From assembly GCA_025361335.1 (NCBI GenBank), contig JANYAK010000022.1, forward strand, positions 21,737 through 85,736: a stretch of DNA of 64,000 nucleotides, read 5' to 3'. Positions 1-6,796 of this stretch are shown here, one piece after another. Position 1 is the stretch's first letter, and each line of letters starts with the position of its first letter. A program made the translations under genes and the position numbers. This DNA comes from Coriobacteriia bacterium (GTDB lineage: Bacteria; Actinomycetota; Coriobacteriia; Anaerosomatales; PALSA-660). The notes beneath the pieces are model-generated. The model searched no databases. It was not told the DNA's origin and saw nothing but the letters and a program-made list of their open reading frames with translations.

Positions 1-1609
1 GGTCGATCTCGCCGCGGAAGTCCGCCAGGGCGGCATCGCGATGCGCCGGATCGCCCGCAACGATCTCGTCGATCCGCTCCATCGCGAGTGTGGCCTGCGC
101 GATCCTGGCCTCTGTCTGCGGGGCCTGGTCGGCCGATATGGCCCCGACATCCGCCTTCGCCCGGTTCACGCCGATCGCCGCCTGGTAGGTGGCGTCGATC
201 AGCTCGCCCTTCGACATCGCATCGGATTCGTAGTTCATGATGTAGCGCCACGAGGGCTCGAGCAATAGCTGGCGGTGTTCCTCGAGCGTGTGCGCAAGCA
301 GCTTATAGCCGTGCGTGCCGGGGTCGTCGAACGCCATGGACCCCGGGTCAAGGAACGGGGCCATCGGACTTATGAACGGCAGAAGGCGGGGGTCGTCCCC
401 CGTGCGCTCGTACAGCCCCCTCACGTAGTCGGGCGTCTCGAGGACGGAGGCGGCGGTCTGACCGGGGATGCCGGTCATGAAGTACAGGTCGAAGCGTTTG
501 CATCCGTGACGCAGCGCGGCGCGGATCGACTCCTCGACCTGTTCGGTCGTGTAGTGCTTCTTGCCGAACGCGGTCCGGACCGCATCGTCGTGGCTCTCGA
601 CCGAGATCTCCACGGAGTAGTCGGGGAGGTGCGCGTCGAGGAACTCGTACATCTCTTCCTTCGGCGGGGTGAAGAACTCGAAACCGATCGGATTGCGCAG
701 CTTGATGCGCGAAAGCCCTTTCACGAACGTCTCCACGTAGTCGGGGCCGGCCTGCATGAAGTCGTTCAGGACGAAGACCGGCCCCGGGATGTAGCGCTGG
801 ATGTGCTGGATGTCGTGCACGAGCAGCTCGGGGTCGCGGAACGCGATGCGGTCGCGGCCGAAGTGCTCGCGGAAGGCATAGGCGCTGCCACCGCACGTCA
901 CGCAGTTGTGCGTGCAGCCGCGGCAGGTCAGCGAAGCGCACACGGGGTACTTCAGCCAGTCCTTGAACGGCACGAATCCCATCATGTCGCGGTACCGGAT
1001 CACGGCGCGCATGTTGAACGAGTAGTCGAGCGAGATGTCGTTCATGTCCCCGGGCACCCACGACAGATCGTTGACGTTGATCGAGCCGTCCGGGCCCTTC
1101 CACGTGAGGTTCGGGACATCGGCGACGGAGCCGTGCCCGCGCAGGGCCAGCATCAGCTGCCGGAAGGGTTCCTCCGTCGAGTCGCCGCGGAGGACGTAGT
1201 CCACCGCGTCGTACGAGCACAGTTCCTCGTGGAAGTAGCTCGACGTGAGCCCGCCGAAGATGACCGGCGTGTCCGGGTGGTGCTTCTTGCAGATCCGTGC
1301 GATCTCGATAGATCCGTGAGCGTGCGGCAGCCAATGCAGGTCGATGCCGAACGCCGTGGGGTCCATCTCCCGAATGGCCTTCTCGACGTCGAAATCCGGC
1401 CTGTTCAGCATCAGCACGGCCAGATTGACGATGCGGACGTTGAGACCGTGCCGCTCCAGATACTCCGCCATGGTCGTGAACCCGAGGGGGTACATCTCGA
1501 ACACCGGTGTGGAAGGGACCATGTCGGACACGGGGCCGAACATGATCGAGCGCTCGCGGAAGTCGTAGACGCTGGGCGCGTGCAGCAGCACGAGATCGGT
1601 GTTGGACAT
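1..1609 (-). CDS. B12-binding domain / radical SAM protein (N-terminus complete, C-terminus beyond left edge)
   Basis: Absent from the ORF track because it runs off the window. My manual minus-strand translation from ATG 1609 (GAGAGGAA upstream) stays open to base 2: MSNTDLVLLHAPSVYDFRERSIMFGPV.... It has an N-terminal B12-binding-like part (GIDLHWLPHAHGS, PVIFGGLTSS) followed by the radical-SAM cluster motif CTHNCVTC. Confidence 0.8.
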   Translation of the reverse strand, partial: MSNTDLVLLHAPSVYDFRERSIMFGPVSDMVPSTPVFEMYPLGFTTMAEYLERHGLNVRIVNLAVLMLNRPDFDVEKAIREMDPTAFGIDLHWLPHAHGSIEIARICKKHHPDTPVIFGGLTSSYFHEELCSYDAVDYVLRGDSTEEPFRQLMLALRGHGSVADVPNLTWKGPDGSINVNDLSWVPGDMNDISLDYSFNMRAVIRYRDMMGFVPFKDWLKYPVCASLTCRGCTHNCVTCGGSAYAFREHFGRDRIAFRDPELLVHDIQHIQRYIPGPVFVLNDFMQAGPDYVETFVKGLSRIKLRNPIGFEFFTPPKEEMYEFLDAHLPDYSVEISVESHDDAVRTAFGKKHYTTEQVEESIRAALRHGCKRFDLYFMTGIPGQTAASVLETPDYVRGLYERTGDDPRLLPFISPMAPFLDPGSMAFDDPGTHGYKLLAHTLEEHRQLLLEPSWRYIMNYESDAMSKGELIDATYQAAIGVNRAKADVGAISADQAPQTEARIAQATLAMERIDEIVAGDPAHRDAALADFRGEID

Positions 1610-1646
1610 GCGTTCCTCTCGGCCCGCCAGGTGGGTGGGTCGTGCG

Positions 1647-2711
1647 CTACTTCTTGCCCAGTCCCCGGACATGACAGTGGGCGCAGTACGTGACGGGGTG
1701 ACACTTGAAGCACCCGTAGGTTCCCTGTGCGACCACCACGGCGGGGTGCTGGGGCAGCCACGGCTTGGTCGGGTCCCCTTGCTTGTGATGGCACGCGTTG
1801 CAGAACTCGGCGTTGCGCGCGACGGCGACGCCCTTCGCGTGGCAGTTCGCGCAGACTGCCGGGGACTTTTTGCCCGCGGGACCGTGCGTCTCGACGAAGC
1901 CCTTCGGGTGCGGGACCTGCACGCCGTGGCACCTGTCACAGAAGCGGACCCGGACGTGGCACATGGAGCAGTACGTGCCGGTCTTGTCGGCAAGGGCCAG
2001 CTTCGCGTGTCCCGTCGAATCGCCGTAGTGCGTGTAGAAGCCGGGCAGGTCGTGGTTGGCCGGCTTGAGCTTGAATCCGATGGGGTGGCAGAGCTGGCAG
2101 TCACCCAGGGCCCGCTTCTTGCCTTCCATGTCGTGGCAGCGGAAGCATCCCTGCATCTTCATGAAGTCGGCATGGCGAGCGACACCCTTGGTCAGCGTCA
2201 CGCCGTTCTCATCGTGCCCGATGCGGTTGTGGCACTGGGTGCACGTGATCTTGTTTCTGGAGTGCACGGCGTGGTCGATGACGATTCCCCGGCTCGGCGT
2301 GAGCTTCCGGTTGGCGGTGTGGCACTGAGTGCACTGCCGCTCGGGCATCTGCCTCGGGTCCATGGCCAGCTCGGACTCCGCATTGATGGGGGGCTTGGCG
2401 CCCGACGCGACACCGATCAGCCCGCTGACTCCGGCTTCCGCCTTGTGGATGAGGAACGTGACGGGGTCGGCGTTCACCGGCATATGGCAGGCGAGGCACG
2501 AGATCTCCGAGTGCGACGAGTTCTCGTACGAGGACAGAGCGTCGGCCTGGAGGGTGTGACACATGCCGGCGGCGCAGAAGGCGCGGGTCGATGTGGCGCC
2601 GACGGCGACGACGATGACGGCCAGCAAGGACAGGACCGCCACTCCGGTCCAGACGATGAAGAGCGGTCGGCGAACCGGGTCTCGGAACCCGGAGAGCGAC
2701 AATCGAGGCAT
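1647..2711 (-). CDS. Membrane-anchored multihaem c-type cytochrome, NapC/NirT-like (about 12 haems)
   Basis: ORF 1647..2747 trimmed to ATG 2711 (GAAGGA about 11 nt upstream). TM helix LFIVWTGVAVLSLLAVIVVAV. Eleven CxxCH motifs (CLACH, CTQCH x2, CFRCH, CQLCH, CSMCH, CDRCH, CANCH, CNACH, CFKCH, CAHCH) plus CAAGMCH (CX4CH). Confidence 0.85.
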   Translation of the reverse strand: MPRLSLSGFRDPVRRPLFIVWTGVAVLSLLAVIVVAVGATSTRAFCAAGMCHTLQADALSSYENSSHSEISCLACHMPVNADPVTFLIHKAEAGVSGLIGVASGAKPPINAESELAMDPRQMPERQCTQCHTANRKLTPSRGIVIDHAVHSRNKITCTQCHNRIGHDENGVTLTKGVARHADFMKMQGCFRCHDMEGKKRALGDCQLCHPIGFKLKPANHDLPGFYTHYGDSTGHAKLALADKTGTYCSMCHVRVRFCDRCHGVQVPHPKGFVETHGPAGKKSPAVCANCHAKGVAVARNAEFCNACHHKQGDPTKPWLPQHPAVVVAQGTYGCFKCHPVTYCAHCHVRGLGKK

Positions 2712-2750
2712 TATCGTGGTCGTCCTTCGTCGTCGGACCCGGTACACAGG

Positions 2751-2756
2751 AGTCTA
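2751..2756 (-). promoter_or_regulatory. -10-like TAGACT about 40 nt upstream of the 12-haem cytochrome gene
   Basis: The minus strand reads GGTGTAGACTCC in the 277-nt gap 2712..2988. Confidence 0.3.
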
Positions 2757-2960
2757 CACCGACCCGTCCGCCCCGGTGGCGCTATCGAGTCCCGGACGAA
2801 GTGAATCATCCGGGAGGCCAAAGCGCCCGAGCAGAGCGCTCGGATCAGTCCCGTGCGGATTGTGACACGTCGCGGGCGGTATGAGGAAGGTGTTGGCCGC
2901 ACCGGTTTGTCTGCGCGGCAACTGCCTGTCGCCGCCGTACGGTGACGTCGGCGGCCGCCG

Positions 2961-2978
2961 GGCCCCGCGCGCGGGGCC
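2961..2978 (-). terminator. GC-rich perfect palindrome GGCCCCGCGCGCGGGGCC directly after the heptahaem cytochrome stop
   Basis: An 18-nt self-complementary sequence 11 nt downstream of the stop at 2989. It has no U-tract, so only a weak terminator/processing-site call. Confidence 0.3.
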
Positions 2979-2988
2979 GCGTGAAGCC

Positions 2989-4107
2989 CTACCACGGCCT
3001 CCACGGCGGGATCGGTCTGTGACAGTTGTCACAAAGTGCCGTCGTCGTGGCGGGCTCGATCAGCAGGCGCTTTCCCTGCACCTCGTGCGGGAAGGTCTGG
3101 AACCGGGGGACGTCGGCCGCGCTGGTGCCGTCGACCGAGTTGACCACGAAGGTGGTGGGGTCGGCCGTGGAAGCGTCGGCCGAGAGCGTCCCGGGATCGC
3201 GCGCGTCCTCGTGGCACTGCTGGCAGATCGCGCCCGACCCGAGAGCGAACAGACGATCCTTCGTCCCCTGGGTCATCAGGTAGCCCCTATTGGTGCCGCC
3301 GATCGTGCCCGTCTCGGTGGCGGGCGACGATGTGTCGTTCACCATGCGTATGACGTTCTGATAGTAGAACCCCTGGGGGTCGTTGCCGACCTGGTGATCA
3401 TGAAGACCGGCTCGAGCGGCCAGGCGCCCCTGATGGCATGCGGCGCACCACGCCGAGCCGTACCGGGTGACCCCCGCTCCGAACCCGCCGGGCTTGCGCT
3501 TGAGGAGCCGGGAGCTCGTGATGGGATAGCTGATCGAGGTGGCCGCCGGCACCACTCGCCGCCTGTCTCCGGTGAACGCCTGCACGACATCGGCCCCATG
3601 CGCGGAATGGCAGTCGGTGCAGATCATCGGCCGGCCGGGATCGGCCGGATCGAAGTTGACCGTCGATGTCCCGCCGGTCGACGAGCTGCCACCCGGGATG
3701 AGGTTGGTGGCCTCCACCCGGTGCCGCGAGATCTGGTTCGCCGGGACCCCGCGGGCCGCGAGGACTCCGTAGACTCCCTTGCCGCCCGTGCCGTCATGAC
3801 AGATCTGGCACGTCGCGACGATGGTGAAATCCGGCAAGAGGTGAGGCGCCATGCCCGAGGCGTTGTGGACCCGATGGCACGTATCGCACTTATGCGACGT
3901 CGCCGCATAGCCGAGATGGGGCCCCGTGACGGTGCGTGTGTCGGCGTTCGACTGGGACGGCGGCGTCCCGGTGGCTCCGTGACACTCGATGCACTGCGTG
4001 TAGATGGACGGACTCAAGCCCTCATCGACGTAGGCGAAGGAGGACGCGGGGGTGATTGCGACGATGAGCAGAGCTATCAGTGGCAGGATCGTGGTGCGGG
4101 TCGGCAT
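2989..4107 (-). CDS. Secreted/anchored heptahaem c-type cytochrome
   Basis: N-terminal hydrophobic signal/anchor ILPLIALLIVAITPASSFAY. Seven CxxCH motifs (CIECH, CDTCH, CQICH, CTDCH, CAACH, CQQCH, CDNCH). Ser/Thr/Gly-rich loops are present (GGSSSTGGTST, NDTSSPATETGTIGGT, SADASTADPTT). Confidence 0.85.
   Translation of the reverse strand: MPTRTTILPLIALLIVAITPASSFAYVDEGLSPSIYTQCIECHGATGTPPSQSNADTRTVTGPHLGYAATSHKCDTCHRVHNASGMAPHLLPDFTIVATCQICHDGTGGKGVYGVLAARGVPANQISRHRVEATNLIPGGSSSTGGTSTVNFDPADPGRPMICTDCHSAHGADVVQAFTGDRRRVVPAATSISYPITSSRLLKRKPGGFGAGVTRYGSAWCAACHQGRLAARAGLHDHQVGNDPQGFYYQNVIRMVNDTSSPATETGTIGGTNRGYLMTQGTKDRLFALGSGAICQQCHEDARDPGTLSADASTADPTTFVVNSVDGTSAADVPRFQTFPHEVQGKRLLIEPATTTALCDNCHRPIPPWRPW
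3018..3033. promoter_or_regulatory. TGTGA-N6-TCACA palindrome (Rex/CRP-type half-sites) inside the last haem motif of the heptahaem cytochrome
   Basis: TGTGACAGTTGTCACA. On the coding strand it is TGT GAC AAC TGT CAC A, encoding CDNCH. See findings; it may be coincidental. Confidence 0.2.
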
Positions 4108-4182
4108 GTCACGTCCCGTCGGGCATCCGCTGTCCAGGGAAACACAGTAATGTCACGTCGGCCAGCGGCCGCGGACGGGTTC

Positions 4183-4212
4183 AGTATATGGGGGTGCACC
4201 GACCAGCCACAA
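4183..4212 (-). promoter_or_regulatory. Sigma70-like promoter candidate (TTGTGG - 18 nt - TATACT) upstream of the heptahaem cytochrome gene
   Basis: The minus strand reads TTGTGGctggtcggtgcacccccaTATACT within the 164-nt gap 4108..4271. Confidence 0.3.
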
Positions 4213-4271
4213 GGAGGCGGTGCCCGACGGTGACGTGGAACACGGGAAGCGCGCCGTCGAGCGCGGCGTCA

Positions 4272-5408
4272 TTAAGGCGCGAGATCGACCACGAGCACCC
4301 GGTCGTTGCCCTTGTCGGCCACCGCGACCTTCTCCCCGGATGAATCGATCCCGTTGGGGAAGTTGAACTGGGCGGGGCCGACGCCGCGTTCACCGAATCG
4401 TGCGCCGATCGTGCCGGCGTGAGATATCTCGACGATCTCGAAGGCGAGGGCATCGGCGACGAGAAGGTCCCCCGCCGATGTCAGGGTGATGCCGCGGGGC
4501 AGCGCGAGCGGCGTCGAGGAGGCCTTCCCCATCTGGGGGACCGTGCCCCCGACGCTCCACAGCCGCGTCCCGTCGGGGCGGAACGCGACCACGCGCGCAT
4601 GGTTCGAGTCCGAGACATACATGATGCCGCTGGAGTCCACGTCGATCCCGTTCGGGTGGTCGAGGTCCGAGCGCCCTGTCCCCGGCTTGCCGAACTGCAG
4701 GAGGAGCTTGCCGGAGAGGTCGAAGACCATGACCTGGTACGTGTCCGTGGCGTAGACCTTGCCGCCGCTCACGGCAACGTCCGTGACTGCGATACCGGTC
4801 CCGTCCTGCCCCGAAGCTCCCCTCCCGACGCGCTTCCTGGGGTTGGGAAAGACGCGCGCGTACTCCCCGTCGGCGTCGAAGACCTGAATCTGGTCGTTGC
4901 GGAAGTCCGCGACATAGACGGAACCGTCGTCGGCGACGTCGATTCCCACGGGCTGGTTGAGCCTCCCCGGCTTCCAGGAGTACTTCCCGCCGGGCAGGGG
5001 CTTGGCGACCCCGAACGTGCCGAACTCGAACAGGAACGACCCGTTCCCTTCGAACACGCACACTCGATCGTGCCCGGTGTCGACGACGTAGATCCTGCCG
5101 TCGGGACCAAAGGCCACTCCCATCGGACCTGAGAAGCGCGGGTACGCCCCGCGCCCCGGACCCTCGATGGCCAGCACGGGCTGGATCCCCGTCGCGACGG
5201 CGCCGCCGCGCGTCACGAGCGATCCCGGGGCGGCGCTCGACCGCGCGAAATACCCGATGAGCACCGCGAGGGCGACGAAGAGCGCGATGGCCGTGGCGAC
5301 AAGTGCTCGGCGCAGTGTCAGGAACGCGCCGATGTCCGGGCGCCCGGATCGCGCGACGTCGCGCCCGTCCTCCGGTCCGGCGGGCAGGCGCGCTCCGTCA
5401 CCGCTCAT
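4272..5408 (-). CDS. Membrane-anchored NHL-repeat beta-propeller protein
   Basis: One TM helix (LVATAIALFVALAVLIGYF) followed by repeated NHL-type units (GVAFGPDGRIYVVDTGHDRVCVF, GIDVADDGSVYVADFRNDQIQVF, GIDVDSSGIMYVSDSNHARVVAF, GIDSSGEKVAVADKGNDRVLVV). Start overlaps the upstream stop (ATGA at 5405-5408). Confidence 0.8.
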   Translation of the reverse strand: MSGDGARLPAGPEDGRDVARSGRPDIGAFLTLRRALVATAIALFVALAVLIGYFARSSAAPGSLVTRGGAVATGIQPVLAIEGPGRGAYPRFSGPMGVAFGPDGRIYVVDTGHDRVCVFEGNGSFLFEFGTFGVAKPLPGGKYSWKPGRLNQPVGIDVADDGSVYVADFRNDQIQVFDADGEYARVFPNPRKRVGRGASGQDGTGIAVTDVAVSGGKVYATDTYQVMVFDLSGKLLLQFGKPGTGRSDLDHPNGIDVDSSGIMYVSDSNHARVVAFRPDGTRLWSVGGTVPQMGKASSTPLALPRGITLTSAGDLLVADALAFEIVEISHAGTIGARFGERGVGPAQFNFPNGIDSSGEKVAVADKGNDRVLVVDLAP

Positions 5409-6118
5409 TTCCGGGGGGCGATCCGGTCGAGCCCCTCCTTGGCCTCCACCATGTGCGGGGCGTACCGGAGGGCCTCGGTGTAGGCCAGCTTCGCCCGCTT
5501 GGGTTCGCCAAGCTTCTCATATGCCAGCCCCGTGAGGTACTGGAGGTCGGCTGACCAGGGATTGTCCTTGACGGCGAGGCGCACGGCCGCGACCACGGAC
5601 TTGTATTGACCCTTCGCCGCGTAGTACCTGCCGAGATCCGCCGCCGCCTGGACATGTGTCGGATCGACATCGAGGACTTCCCACAGCGCCCTCTCGGCCT
5701 TCTTGGGCGACCCGAGCTGCATGTAGATGACGCCCCGGTTGTACAGGGCCGCGAGGTTCTTCGGCGCCCGCGCGAGCACCTTGTCGTACTGCGCCAGGGC
5801 CATGTCGTTCTGCCCCTTCTTCTGATACGCCGCCGCAAGTTTGAGCCGGGCCGCCTGGTTGTTGGGATCGGAGTGCACCGCGCGCGTCAGTTCGACGAGG
5901 GACGGCTCCGCGGCGGGCTCCGTACTCGCGCTCTTCGCAGACGCCCCCGCCGGAACCGCCATGAGCGCGTACCTGGCAGCGATACCGGCCACACTGACCA
6001 GCGACACGATCAGGCCGAGGACGAGCCACCCGAGCCACCGCGGCACGGCATCGGCAGCGGCGTCGACGTCACTGCCGATGCCGGGTTCGTCGATCTCGGG
6101 GGCAAGCTGTTCGGTCAT
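5405..6118 (-). CDS. Membrane-anchored TPR-repeat protein
   Basis: ORF 5405..6271 trimmed to ATG 6118 (AAGGAGGG upstream; ATGA overlap with the rex stop). TM helix WLGWLVLGLIVSLVSVAGIA, then TPR-like repeats (AAYQKKGQNDMALAQYDKVLARAPKN, LGRYYAAKGQYKSVV, GLAYEKLGEPKRAKLAYTEALRYAP). Confidence 0.75.
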   Translation of the reverse strand: MTEQLAPEIDEPGIGSDVDAAADAVPRWLGWLVLGLIVSLVSVAGIAARYALMAVPAGASAKSASTEPAAEPSLVELTRAVHSDPNNQAARLKLAAAYQKKGQNDMALAQYDKVLARAPKNLAALYNRGVIYMQLGSPKKAERALWEVLDVDPTHVQAAADLGRYYAAKGQYKSVVAAVRLAVKDNPWSADLQYLTGLAYEKLGEPKRAKLAYTEALRYAPHMVEAKEGLDRIAPRK

Positions 6119-6786
6119 TGCAGCCCTCCTTTGTCGGCGCAGTGCCCCTTCGGGCCCGCGAACCTCAGGTGGAACGAAAGCACGAGCAACTCCGCGAGAA
6201 GGTCGACGTTGCGGACGCTGACGCCCTCGGGAACGTCCAGAGCGACCGGAGCGAAATTGAGGACCCCGCACACCCCCGCCAGAGTGACCCGGTCGGCCAG
6301 GGACTGCGCGACCTCGCCCGGGGTGGTGATGGCGGCGATGTCGACGTCCTCCGAGAGGAACACGCTCTCGAGCTCATGGATGGAGCGGACCGTCACGCCT
6401 TGGACCAGGATGCCGATCTTGGACGGATCGGCATCCAGGACAGCCACGACGGCGAAACCGCGATCCTCGGACATGATGTAGCGGATGAACGCGCTGCCGA
6501 GCCTCCCGTACCCGATGACGCAGACGCGACGCGGGCTGGTCACCCCGAGCGTACGCATGAGATGCGCGAGCAGTGCGAGCACGTCATATCCGATGCCGCG
6601 CGTGCCGAGCTCACCGAGGTAGGACAGATCCTTGCGCACCTGCGCGGCGTTCGTGCCGGCCATCTCGGCTATCTCGCTCGAACTGATGAGGGCCACGCCG
6701 TCGGCCTGCGCCCGCACGAGGGAGCGCAGATAGGCCGGGAGCCGCTCGATCGTCGTCTCGGGCACGTCCATCATGTCAGTGTCCAT
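6115..6786 (-). CDS. rex: Redox-sensing transcriptional repressor Rex
   Basis: ORF 6115..6942 trimmed to ATG 6786. N-terminal winged-helix signature ERLPAYLRSL...ISSSEIAEMAGTNAAQVRKDLSYLGELGTRGIGYDV. NAD(H) Rossmann part VCVIGYGRLGSAF...AAITTP...GVLNFAP. Confidence 0.85.
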   Translation of the reverse strand: MDTDMMDVPETTIERLPAYLRSLVRAQADGVALISSSEIAEMAGTNAAQVRKDLSYLGELGTRGIGYDVLALLAHLMRTLGVTSPRRVCVIGYGRLGSAFIRYIMSEDRGFAVVAVLDADPSKIGILVQGVTVRSIHELESVFLSEDVDIAAITTPGEVAQSLADRVTLAGVCGVLNFAPVALDVPEGVSVRNVDLLAELLVLSFHLRFAGPKGHCADKGGLQ

Positions 6787-6796
6787 GACCGCCGCC

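Noticed and set aside
2867-2872. TTGTGA Rex-type half-site in the gap upstream of the 12-haem cytochrome gene
   Set aside because: No matching TCACAA half-site lies at the expected 4-6 nt spacing. A single hexamer is not informative.
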